The notes under the pieces are model-generated. The model ran no database searches, was not told where the DNA came from, and saw only the letters and a program-made list of their open reading frames with translations. 64,000 nucleotides of DNA from Acidimicrobiia bacterium. GTDB taxonomy: Bacteria; Actinomycetota; Acidimicrobiia; Spongiisociales; ZC4RG35. Shown here in pieces: positions 50,795 to 60,212 of the stretch. Numbering within the stretch: position 1 is the stretch's first letter; each line of letters begins with the position of its first letter. The position numbers were made by a program, and so were the translations under genes. Location: assembly GCA_965248705.1 (NCBI GenBank), contig CBDFJY010000002.1, forward strand, positions 1,177,365 to 1,241,364, read 5' to 3'.

Positions 50795-51842
50795 CACATA
50801 AGGGGGAAGTGGCAAGCGGTCAGATGGCCGGGCTGTTTCTCTTCGAGCAGCGGCTCCTCGCTGCGACAGATCTCCCGGGTTCGACCCACCGGGCAACGGG
50901 GATGGAAACGACACCCCGTGGGCGGGTTGATCGCAGAGGGCACCTCTCCCTCCAGAAGAATGCGGGTGCGCTCTCGTTCCTGTACGGGGTCGGGGAGGGG
51001 AGCGGCCGACAGGAGGGCGTTGGTGTAGTGATGAAGCGGGCGGGCAAAAAGCTGTTCGGAGTCGGCCATCTCCACCACCTTGCCCAGATACATCACGGCG
51101 ATCTTCTCAGAGATATGGCGAACCACCGCCAGGTCGTGGGCGATAAACAGATAGGTCAGCCCCAGGTCCTCCTGCAGTTCCCGCAGCAGATTGAGCACCT
51201 GAGCCTGGATGGAGACATCGAGAGCCGAAACCGGCTCGTCGCACACCACGAAACTGGGATGCAGCGACAAAGCCCTGGCCACTCCCACCCGCTGGCGCTG
51301 GCCGCCGGAGAACTCGTGGGGAAACCGGCGGGCATAGCGGGGGTTGAGACCCACCATTTCCAGCAACTCGCCCACCCGCCGGCGCTGCTGCTCACGGTCC
51401 ATGTCGGTGTGGACGGCCAGTTGTTCCCCGATGGTGTCGCCGATCCGCATCCGGGGGTTGAGAGAGGCGTAGGGGTCCTGGAAAACTATCTGCATCTCCC
51501 GGCGGAGGTGACGGAGGGTGTTGCGGTCGGCGGTGGTGATGTCAATCACTTCCGATCCGCAGCCACCTTCGATCTCCCTCCGCAATAGCACGTTCCCGGA
51601 GGTGGGTTCGATGAGCCGCAGCACGCACCGGGCGGTGGTGGACTTGCCGCAACCGGATTCTCCAACCAGCCCCAGGGTGGTCCCCCGAGCGATGTCAAAG
51701 GAGACTCCGGAGACCGCCGAGACCACTCCCCGCGGTCGGGTGCTGAAATTCCTCCACCTATTTCGAAGGTCTTCACCAAGTTACGGACGGAGATTGCCGA
51801 ATCGGAGGGGATGGAAACAGTCGACGAGTCGGTTGAGATCAT
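50794..51842 (-). CDS. ABC ATP-binding protein (OppF/DppF-like) with an apparent frameshift near its 5' end
   Basis: [10 protein letters not shown] (ORF from 51842) is out of frame with [10 protein letters not shown]...GESGCGKS...FSGGQRQR (50794-51726). Confidence 0.85.
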
Positions 51843-51970
51843 GGGGCTCCAGTTAGCCGAGGCAGGTCCTGTAACAGTCCTAGAGAAAAGCTTATCGTCT
51901 CTGATTGCGGCCTCAGTTGATCCTCTTGGTATCGTGAGAAGCGATGTCGTCGAGATAAAGGAGTAGGACT

Positions 51971-52507
51971 ATGGCGGAGGAATTCCGCGGCAAGATCGGG
52001 GCTCTCAACGATCAGGAAGTTGAGGACTTTTTGGCTACGGACGCGTTGGCGCGCTTTGCCTGTCTTAAGCCGGACGGCGCTCCGTATGTGATTCCGCTCT
52101 GGTACCAGTGGGATGGCCAAGCCCTGTGGTTCGTGGGCCGGCAGAAGGCGCGGTGGTGTGATTATGTGGTCAACGACCCACGGGTGTGCGTGGTGATCGA
52201 CGCCGCCCATACTCCTCCTGATGAGGAAGGCCGGTCATCGCAGATCCCCAAGGTGTTCGTCGAGGGCAAAGCGGTGGTGGCCGAAGAGCCCAACATCGGC
52301 GGCAAGTGGGTGCGGGTAGCTGAGGAGATGTCCCTCCGTTATCTGGGTCCCAACGGTCCCAGCTACCTGGTTCCCACCCTGAATCAGCCCCGCTGGCTGA
52401 TCAAGGTGGTTCCCGAGAAGGTTCGTACCTGGCAGGGCGTGGCCTGGGCGCGACGCTACTGGGTGGAAGGTACCGGCGGTCCCAGCTACGAAGAGGTCAA
52501 CACCTAA
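51971..52507 (+). CDS. Pyridoxamine 5'-phosphate oxidase family protein (FMN/F420 split barrel)
   Basis: DGAPYVIPLWY, NDPRVCVVID. Confidence 0.82.
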   Translation: MAEEFRGKIGALNDQEVEDFLATDALARFACLKPDGAPYVIPLWYQWDGQALWFVGRQKARWCDYVVNDPRVCVVIDAAHTPPDEEGRSSQIPKVFVEGKAVVAEEPNIGGKWVRVAEEMSLRYLGPNGPSYLVPTLNQPRWLIKVVPEKVRTWQGVAWARRYWVEGTGGPSYEEVNT

Positions 52508-52591
52508 AAGGCTCGTTTCTCTTAGATTTGCAAACGGCTCCGGTGTCTGGCTGGTGGTCAGCATCAGGCCGGGCCGTTTGCTATGCGCCCT

Positions 52592-53395
52592 TCAACGTGG
52601 CTTGTCCACCACCGAGGGGTCGGGGATATGCGACATTATTGCATACCGGTAAACGGACAGGGCGTTGGTGGGATGGGCGATCTCGTCGGCGGCGATCCAG
52701 GCGGCCTCGTTGGAGATGGGTTGGGCCTGCGGCGCCTTGATGTGCACCTCGGCCACTCTCTCGGCCAAGAGAAACCAGCCGAGTGTCTCTTCCACCGACC
52801 GCCCCACCGTCACCGGCCCGTGGTTGCGCAGGAACACCAGCTTGGCCTCCTCCAGCGCCGCCGCGATGTGCTTGCCGGTATCGGCGTCCGACACCTGCAC
52901 CTCTTCTCCCTCGAAGATCGCCTGGGACCTGAAGAAGGCAGTGGCTTCCTGGCAGATCATCCGGAACGGCCTCACATTGGCCGCCCAGGGTGTGGCGTAG
53001 GGGGTATGGGTGTGGGCCACGCAAACTGCCTCGGGCCGGGCATCGTGGATCGGGCCGTGGATGTAATAGGCGGTCATGTTGATCGGACCTTCACCTTCCA
53101 CCACTTTTCCTCCCGGTCCCACCAGCACCAGGTCGTCCACCCTGGCTTGGCCGAACGCCACTCCGTATCGGAGCAGCCAGAAGCAGTCGGTCCGCTCGGG
53201 ATCCCGGGCGGTGATATGTCCGTCGCCCAGCGAGCCCCATCCGAAGGCTGCGAACAGGCGGTAGGAGAGAGCGGTCTGTCGTTGACGGTGGAGGCGGAGT
53301 TCAGCGGCGCTGTCGAAGGAAGGCTCGCCGGCGTAGACGCCCTCTCCGTCTGCCCAAGTACCTCCGCCCACCCAAGTTGCAAGGTCGCTGTTCAT
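52592..53395 (-). CDS. Class II aldolase/adducin family protein
   Basis: GHITARDP, IHGPIH, AHTHTPY, LRNHG. Confidence 0.9.
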   Translation of the reverse strand: MNSDLATWVGGGTWADGEGVYAGEPSFDSAAELRLHRQRQTALSYRLFAAFGWGSLGDGHITARDPERTDCFWLLRYGVAFGQARVDDLVLVGPGGKVVEGEGPINMTAYYIHGPIHDARPEAVCVAHTHTPYATPWAANVRPFRMICQEATAFFRSQAIFEGEEVQVSDADTGKHIAAALEEAKLVFLRNHGPVTVGRSVEETLGWFLLAERVAEVHIKAPQAQPISNEAAWIAADEIAHPTNALSVYRYAIMSHIPDPSVVDKPR

Positions 53396-53530
53396 GTTCT
53401 GGTCTCCAAGCAATGAGCCTCTCGGGAATATTGTCGCTTTGTCGGGGTTTTGTTCACAGTGGTAACCGCCTGCTAAACCGAAGGTATAATCCCGCATCGT
53501 ACTGCCAGGCGTGACTATGGAGGCCGCGGC

Positions 53531-55945
53531 GTGAGAGAAGAAGCGCGTTGTGTGATCGTGGGTGGGGGAGCGATGGGAGTTGGGTTGCTCTACCACTTGG
53601 CGCACGAGGGATGGACCGACACCGTGCTCGTGGAGAAAGACGAACTGGCGTCTGGTTCCACATGGCACGCGGCCGGTCTGGTACCCCATTTCATCGGCAG
53701 TCTCAACTTGGCGAAGGTCCACGCCTACGGCACCCAGTTGTACAGGCAACTGGAGGAAGAGACCGGACTGCACAGTGGCTGGCACGAGTGCGGCGCGGTT
53801 CGGCTGGCCACCAACTCCAATGAGGCCGACTGGTTCCGATATGTCCACGGAGTACTGGAGCTGGTGGGGGTTGAGTCGCATCTGGTCGGACCCGACGAGA
53901 TCCGCCGACTGCATCCCCTGGTGGACACCGAGGACGTGGTGGCGGGCCTCTACACTCCCCACGACGGGTGGACCGACCCCTCCTCGGCTACCAACGCTAT
54001 GGCGGCGGGCGCCCGCCAGCTGGGCGCTGAGATCGTACGGCGCAATCGGGTCTTGGACATGAACCGGCTTCCGGACGGCCGCTGGGAGACCATCACCGAG
54101 CAGGGACGGATCGTCTCCGAGCATGTGGTTAACGCCGCCGGTCACTTCGGGCCGCAGTTGGCGGCCATGGTCGGTCTGGAAACACCGATCATCTCGGTCA
54201 TCCACCAATACATCGTCACCGAGGCGATCCCGGCGCTGGCCGCCATGGATCGGGAACTCCCCGTGCTCCGCGACCCCCGGGCGTCCTGCTACTACCGCCA
54301 GGAGCACGACGGGCTGCTGATCGGCCCCTACGAGACGGAGGGCGCTCAGACCTATGGAGTGGAGGGGATCGACTGGGACCTGACCTTCCATCTGCTTCCC
54401 CCCGATGTGGAGAAGCTCCTTCCCTGGCTGGATCTCGCCGCCCGCCGCATTCCGGTGTTTTCGGAGGCCGGCATTAAGCAGGTGGTGTGCGGACCGATCA
54501 CCCACACCCCCGACTCGGGATATCTGATGGGGCCTGCGCCAGATCTCAAGAACTACTGGATGTGCGTGGGGTCTTCCATCGGTGTGTGCCAGGGTCCGGG
54601 GGCGGGCAAGTACCTGGCCCAGTGGATGGTGCATGGCCAGACCGAGATCAACGTGGCCGAGATGGATCCCCGGCGCTTCGGCCCCCACACCCATGGCGAC
54701 TTCTCCGAGGTCAAGGCTATCGATGAGTACCACGAGATGTACCAGGTGCGCATGCCGGGCGAATACCGGGAGGCGGGCCGCCCCATCAAACGAACTCCGC
54801 TCTATGACACCCTCGCCGCCAAGGGCGCCCAGTTCCAGGAGATCTTCGGATGGGAGCGGGCCCGATACTTCTCCCCCGATGGCGTTCCCGAGGAGTATTC
54901 CTTCCGCCGCTCCTCGGCGTTCGGGCCGGTGGGAGAAGAAGTGCGGGGGGTGCGCAACGGGGTGGGAGTGGCCGATCTGACCGCCTTCACCAAGCTGGAG
55001 GTGGTCGGCCCCGACGCGGCGGTGCTGTTGGACCGGCTGGCGGCCAACCGCCTTCCCCGTCGGGACGGCGGTGTGCGGCTGGCGCACATGCTCACCTCCC
55101 TGGGCGGCATTGAGGGGGAAGTGACCATCACCCGGCTGGGAGACGACCGTTTCTACCTCAACTCATCGATCATGGCCGAACAGCACGACCAGGATTGGCT
55201 CCGTCACCACGTTGTCCCCGGAGAGCAGGTGACGGTCACCGATGTTACCAATCAGCGGGGCATTTTGGCCGTGACCGGACCCCGGTCCCGGGAGCTTTTG
55301 AGCCGGCTCACCGCTACCGACCTGACCACCAACAGCTTCCCCTGGCTCACCGGTCAGGAGATCGAAGTGGCGGGCGTTCGGTGCCTGGCGCTGCGGGTGA
55401 GCTATGTCGGTGAGTTAGGCTGGGAGCTTCATCATCCACTGGAGGAGATGACGAAGCTGTACGCTGCGGCAGAAGAGGCAGGGGAGGGGCTAGGATTGAT
55501 CGACTTCGGGAGCTACGCCATGAACGTGATGCGCATCGAGAAGGCCTACAAGGCCCACGGTATGGATCTGACCACCGAGATCACCCCGGTGGAGGCCGAC
55601 ATTGAGCGTTTCGTCAACTACGAAAAGGAGTTCCTGGGTAAGGCCGCCACCCTGGCTCGCCGGGGCACGGAGCTTTCCATGGTGTGCGTTTACGGCGAGA
55701 TGGACGCGGCTGACGCCGACTGCCGAGGCAACGAACCGGTTCACGCCAACGGGAGGATGATCGGGCTCACCACCTCCGGCGCTTTCGGATACTCGGTGGG
55801 AAAGAGCCTATTTTTCGCTTATGTACATCCTGACTACCGCTCACCGGGCTCGGAGTTCGAAATCCAGGTGATGGGCGACCGCCGCCCGGCCCGGGTGCGG
55901 GCCACCCCGGCCTGGGATCCCCGCAGCGAAAGGCTTCGAGTCTGA
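53531..55945 (+). CDS. GcvT-family flavoprotein, dimethylglycine dehydrogenase-like
   Basis: GGGAMG, GSTWHAAG, GWER, RVSYVGELGWE. Confidence 0.9.
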   Translation: MREEARCVIVGGGAMGVGLLYHLAHEGWTDTVLVEKDELASGSTWHAAGLVPHFIGSLNLAKVHAYGTQLYRQLEEETGLHSGWHECGAVRLATNSNEADWFRYVHGVLELVGVESHLVGPDEIRRLHPLVDTEDVVAGLYTPHDGWTDPSSATNAMAAGARQLGAEIVRRNRVLDMNRLPDGRWETITEQGRIVSEHVVNAAGHFGPQLAAMVGLETPIISVIHQYIVTEAIPALAAMDRELPVLRDPRASCYYRQEHDGLLIGPYETEGAQTYGVEGIDWDLTFHLLPPDVEKLLPWLDLAARRIPVFSEAGIKQVVCGPITHTPDSGYLMGPAPDLKNYWMCVGSSIGVCQGPGAGKYLAQWMVHGQTEINVAEMDPRRFGPHTHGDFSEVKAIDEYHEMYQVRMPGEYREAGRPIKRTPLYDTLAAKGAQFQEIFGWERARYFSPDGVPEEYSFRRSSAFGPVGEEVRGVRNGVGVADLTAFTKLEVVGPDAAVLLDRLAANRLPRRDGGVRLAHMLTSLGGIEGEVTITRLGDDRFYLNSSIMAEQHDQDWLRHHVVPGEQVTVTDVTNQRGILAVTGPRSRELLSRLTATDLTTNSFPWLTGQEIEVAGVRCLALRVSYVGELGWELHHPLEEMTKLYAAAEEAGEGLGLIDFGSYAMNVMRIEKAYKAHGMDLTTEITPVEADIERFVNYEKEFLGKAATLARRGTELSMVCVYGEMDAADADCRGNEPVHANGRMIGLTTSGAFGYSVGKSLFFAYVHPDYRSPGSEFEIQVMGDRRPARVRATPAWDPRSERLRV

Positions 55946-57495
55946 TGGCCAGGCGGAGCAAACGAGCGGGTGGAAGAGCGGCCCGAGTCGCCGCCCGGGC
56001 TGCGGGGCTTAAGGAGAGCGAACGTCCGGTCAGGCCAGGGCTCTCGGGTGGCGCTTACCGGCCGCTGTCCGAATCGGATATGGAAGAAGTGTATAAGGCC
56101 TCTCTTCAGCTTCTGGAGGAGGTGGGGATGGGCGATCCGATCCCCGAGTTCATCGAGGCGGTGGTGGCCGCCGGTGGATGGTTGGACGATGACGAACGGC
56201 TCCGCTTTCCGAACTCGGTGGTGAAAAGGGCGATCGAAATGGCCGCCAAATCGTGGGTTTGGCATGGTATCGACGAGAGCCGCTCCATCGAGCTGGCCGA
56301 CCGCCAGGTGCATTTCGGAACGGCCGGCGCGGCGGTCCTCATCTTAGACCATGAGACACAGGCCTATCGGCATTCCACCACCCAGGATCTGTACGACCTC
56401 TCCCGGCTGGCCGACACACTCGATAATATCCACTTCTTTGTGCGCCCGGTGGTCACCCGCGAGGTGGATGGGGCTCGCGAGGTAGACATCAACACCGCTT
56501 ATGCCGCCATGATGGGCACCACCAAGCCGATCGGGACCTCGTTTTTCCAGGCCGCCCACGTTTATGAGGCGGTCGAGATGTTCGACATGGTGCTGGGCGG
56601 CCCCGGTGAGTTCCGAAAGCGCCCGTTTGTGGTGGCCAACAGCACCTTCGTGGTGCCCCCGCTCCGCTTCGCCAAGGAGACCGCGGAAAGCATGGTGGCG
56701 CAGGTGCGAACCGGAATGCCCACCAATCTGCTGTCCGCCGGACAGGCCGGGGCCACTTCGCCCGCTACCTTGGCCGGATCCCTGGCCCAGGCTGTGGCGG
56801 AGTGCCTGGCTGCTCTGACCTGTATCAACCTGTTGTCTCCGGGACACCCCTGCGTTATGGGACTGTGGCCTTTCGTCTCCGATCTGCGCACTGGAGCGAT
56901 GAGCGGTGGCAGCGCGGAGGAGGCAGTGCTGACCGCCGGAGCGGCGCAGACCGCCAACTGGCTGGGACTTCCCTCTGGAGTGCCCGCCGGCATGTCCGAC
57001 TCCAAACTCGTCGACGCTCAGGCTGGGCACGAGAAGGGTCTCACCGTGGCTCTGGCCGCGCAAGCCGGAGCCAACCTGATCTATGAGTCGGCGGGGATGC
57101 TGGCGTCCATCCTGGCGTGTTCCCCCGAGATGATGGTGATCGACAACGACCTGCTGGGAGCGGTCAACCGCACCGTGCGCGGCATAGAAGTCAATGACGA
57201 CAGTCTCGCCATCCAGGTGATCAAGGATGTTATCGCGGGCGAGGGCCATTTTCTCGGCCACGAGCAGACCCTCCGGGTTATGCAGCAGGAGTACCTCTAT
57301 CCGAACATTGGGGACCGGCTTAGCCCCGAGGACTGGAAAGACGCGGGTGAGTTGTCGGCCGCTGACCGGGCCCACGAGTACGTCGTGCAGACCCTGGCCG
57401 AACACTTTCCCGGACATGTTCCCCCCGAGGTGGATGATCTGCTGCGAGAGCGGTTTCCCATCCGCCTCCCTGTCCAGTCGGTGAGGGGCGGCTGA
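55945..57495 (+). CDS. Trimethylamine methyltransferase (MttB) family protein without pyrrolysine
   Basis: GATSPATLAG, DLRTGAMSGG, SDSKLVDAQAGHEK, GHFLGH; no in-frame TAG. Confidence 0.9.
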   Translation: MARRSKRAGGRAARVAARAAGLKESERPVRPGLSGGAYRPLSESDMEEVYKASLQLLEEVGMGDPIPEFIEAVVAAGGWLDDDERLRFPNSVVKRAIEMAAKSWVWHGIDESRSIELADRQVHFGTAGAAVLILDHETQAYRHSTTQDLYDLSRLADTLDNIHFFVRPVVTREVDGAREVDINTAYAAMMGTTKPIGTSFFQAAHVYEAVEMFDMVLGGPGEFRKRPFVVANSTFVVPPLRFAKETAESMVAQVRTGMPTNLLSAGQAGATSPATLAGSLAQAVAECLAALTCINLLSPGHPCVMGLWPFVSDLRTGAMSGGSAEEAVLTAGAAQTANWLGLPSGVPAGMSDSKLVDAQAGHEKGLTVALAAQAGANLIYESAGMLASILACSPEMMVIDNDLLGAVNRTVRGIEVNDDSLAIQVIKDVIAGEGHFLGHEQTLRVMQQEYLYPNIGDRLSPEDWKDAGELSAADRAHEYVVQTLAEHFPGHVPPEVDDLLRERFPIRLPVQSVRGG

Positions 57496-57512
57496 TTTCA
57501 GTTCCGGAGCCC

Positions 57513-59960
57513 ATGGCGGGCGCCGGGGAGTTGCCCGACCGGGCCCAAGTGGTGGTGGTGGGTGGGGGGATCGTTGGGTGCAGCGTCGCCTATCACCTGG
57601 CCCGGCGGGGGGTGACCGATGTGCTGCTGCTCGAACAGGGCAGGCTCACCGGCGGCACCACCTGGCACGCGGCCGGGCTGGTAAGCCAACTCAAATCGTC
57701 CCACAGCCTCACCCGGTTGGCCACCTACTCGGCGCGGCTGTTCGAAGAGTTGGAGGCCGAGACCGGACAGGCCACCGGCTATCGGGCGGTGGGTTCCATC
57801 TCGGTGGCTTCCGACCACGAGCGCTGGGAGGAGATCATGCGGGGCTTGTCCATGGCCCGGACGGTCGGGGTGGAGATGCGCGAAATGGACTTCGACGAGT
57901 TGTCCGAACGCTGGCCCCTGATCCGCATCGACGACCTGGTGGGGGCGGCCTGGATTCCCCAGGACGGGCAGACCAGCCCGGTGGACACCACCATCTCCCT
58001 GGCCAAGGGCGCCAAGGATCGGGGGGTGCGGATCAGGGAGGGAGTAGCGGTGACGTCGCTGCGGGTGAGAGACGAGCGGGTGGTGGGGGTGGAGACCGAA
58101 GAGGGGTATGTGGAGTGCGAGACGGTGGTGCTGGCGGCCGGCATCTGGACTCGCCAGTTGGCAGCAACCGTCGGTGTGCAGGTGCCCCTGCAGGCCTGCG
58201 AGCACTTTTATCTGGTCACCGAACCTATGGACGGGGTGCCGCCGGGGATGCCTACCTTGCGGGATCCGACCAACTACACCTATTTCAAGGAGGAGACCGG
58301 CAAGATCATGACCGGTTTCTTCGAGCCGCGCGGCAAGGTGTGGAAGCTCGAAGGAATACCCCGTGAGTTCAGCTTCGAGCGGCTTGCAGAGGATTGGGAA
58401 CATGTCGGGCCCATCTTCGAGCGGTCTATCCATCGGGTTCCCGCCTTGGGCGAGGTGGGGATACAACTCTTTTTCAACGGCCCGGAGGCTTTCACTCCCG
58501 ACGGGGTTTACTACCTGGGAGAGTCGCCCGAGGTGGACCGGTGCTTCGTAGCGGCCGGCTTCAACTCGGTGGGCATCCAATCGGCCGGCGGAGTGGGTTG
58601 GGTGCTGGCCGATTGGATAATCGACGGTCACCCTCCCACCGACCTGTGGGCGGTGGATATCCGTCGGGCCCAGCCCCATCAGACCGAGTTGGGTTTTTTG
58701 GAGGAGCGTATCTCAGAGAGCCTGGGTCTTCTGTACGCCATGCACTGGCCGTTCTATCAGTACGAGAGCGCCAGGGACGTCAAACGCTCCCCCCTCCATG
58801 ATCGGCTGGACGCCGCCGGGGCGGTGTTCGGGGAGATGTCGGGGTGGGAGAGGCCCAACTGGTTCGCCACCGACGGGATGGAGCGGCGCTATGAGTACTC
58901 CTACGGAAAACAGAACTGGTGGGAGGCGTCGGGAGAGGAATGCCTGGCGGTGCGGCGGGCGGTGGGACTTTTCGACCAGACTTCCTTCGTCAAGTACGAG
59001 GTGGAGGGTCCCGACGCGGCTCGCCTTCTCGGGTGGATCTCCGCCGGTCGGGTCCCCGGTCCCATCGGCAAGGTGGTGTACACCCAGTGGCTCAACCCCC
59101 GCGGTGGAATAGAGGCGGATTTGACGGTCACCCGTCTCACGAAGGAGCGTTTCCTGGTGGTGTCGGGCTCGGGGGCCCCCACCCGGGACTGGGCGCACCT
59201 ACGCCGGACGGCGCGGGGCCACGACGTGAAGATCCGGGACATCACGTCCTCTCTGATCACGTTGGGGGTGATGGGTCCCCGGTCGAGAGCCCTCCTGTCG
59301 GGAATCACCGACTCCGATCTCTCGGACGAGGCGTTTCCGTTCGGCGCAACGCAAGAGATCACGGTGGCAGGGCAGCGGGTGCTGGCTATGAGGGTGAGCT
59401 ATGTCGGCGAACTGGGCTGGGAGCTGTACGTGCCGGCGGAGGAGGCAGTGGCGCTCTACGACGCGGTGGTGGCCGAGGGCGCCCGTTATGGGTTGAGGCA
59501 CGCCGGCTATCACGCCATGAACTCGCTCCGGCTGGAGGGGGGCTATCGCCACTGGGGGCATGACATCACCGACGAGGACACCCCTCTGGAAGCCGGCCTC
59601 GGGTTCGCGGTGGACTGGGACAAGCCCGGTGGGTTCTGCGGCCGGGAGGCATTGGAGTCCCAGCGGGGCCGGCTCCTTCCCAAACGACTGGTTCAGTTTC
59701 GCCTGGAAGACCCCGACCGGCTGCTCTATCACGACGAGCCCATCTTCCGGGACGGCGAGATCCTGGGTCGCACCACCTCCGGCATGTGGAGCTATGTCGA
59801 GGAGCGCTGTCTGGCCATGGGATATCTGGTGTCTCCGGACGGCATCAACAAGGCCTGGCTGGAGGCGGGGGAATATGAGATCGAAGTGGCCGGAGTGCGT
59901 ATTACCGCCACCGCTTCTCTCCGATCCTTCTACGCGCCTCGCACTCGCGGTACCGGGTAG
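57513..59960 (+). CDS. GcvT-family flavoprotein, sarcosine/dimethylglycine dehydrogenase-like
   Basis: GGGIVG, GTTWHAAG, GWERPNWF, SLRLE. Confidence 0.9.
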   Translation: MAGAGELPDRAQVVVVGGGIVGCSVAYHLARRGVTDVLLLEQGRLTGGTTWHAAGLVSQLKSSHSLTRLATYSARLFEELEAETGQATGYRAVGSISVASDHERWEEIMRGLSMARTVGVEMREMDFDELSERWPLIRIDDLVGAAWIPQDGQTSPVDTTISLAKGAKDRGVRIREGVAVTSLRVRDERVVGVETEEGYVECETVVLAAGIWTRQLAATVGVQVPLQACEHFYLVTEPMDGVPPGMPTLRDPTNYTYFKEETGKIMTGFFEPRGKVWKLEGIPREFSFERLAEDWEHVGPIFERSIHRVPALGEVGIQLFFNGPEAFTPDGVYYLGESPEVDRCFVAAGFNSVGIQSAGGVGWVLADWIIDGHPPTDLWAVDIRRAQPHQTELGFLEERISESLGLLYAMHWPFYQYESARDVKRSPLHDRLDAAGAVFGEMSGWERPNWFATDGMERRYEYSYGKQNWWEASGEECLAVRRAVGLFDQTSFVKYEVEGPDAARLLGWISAGRVPGPIGKVVYTQWLNPRGGIEADLTVTRLTKERFLVVSGSGAPTRDWAHLRRTARGHDVKIRDITSSLITLGVMGPRSRALLSGITDSDLSDEAFPFGATQEITVAGQRVLAMRVSYVGELGWELYVPAEEAVALYDAVVAEGARYGLRHAGYHAMNSLRLEGGYRHWGHDITDEDTPLEAGLGFAVDWDKPGGFCGREALESQRGRLLPKRLVQFRLEDPDRLLYHDEPIFRDGEILGRTTSGMWSYVEERCLAMGYLVSPDGINKAWLEAGEYEIEVAGVRITATASLRSFYAPRTRGTG

Positions 59961-60212
59961 GTCTACGAAACCGACGCGCCGGCCTTACCACCGCCCATGC
60001 CTGGCGAGGAAGAACCGCTTCGGAACCCCGGCTAACACGGAAGAAGATGAACTGCTCTAAACTCCCGAATACAACGATGACGGCCAACCCTTCACCCCCG
60101 GCGAGGAGGCCGAGAATACCCGACACCACGACCACGACTACTATTACGACTACTCCCGGGGAGGGCGGGACATCACAGGAACCAACCAGGACAGCGAAGG
60201 TACCCGCGTTGA

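Noticed and set aside
53396-55087. 831-aa ORF as a giant aldolase fusion
   Set aside because: The extension is the antisense shadow of the GcvT gene; only the last 267 aa carry aldolase motifs.
55945-57495. Pyrrolysine recoding in MttB
   Set aside because: The ORF is uninterrupted and no pyl genes are visible.
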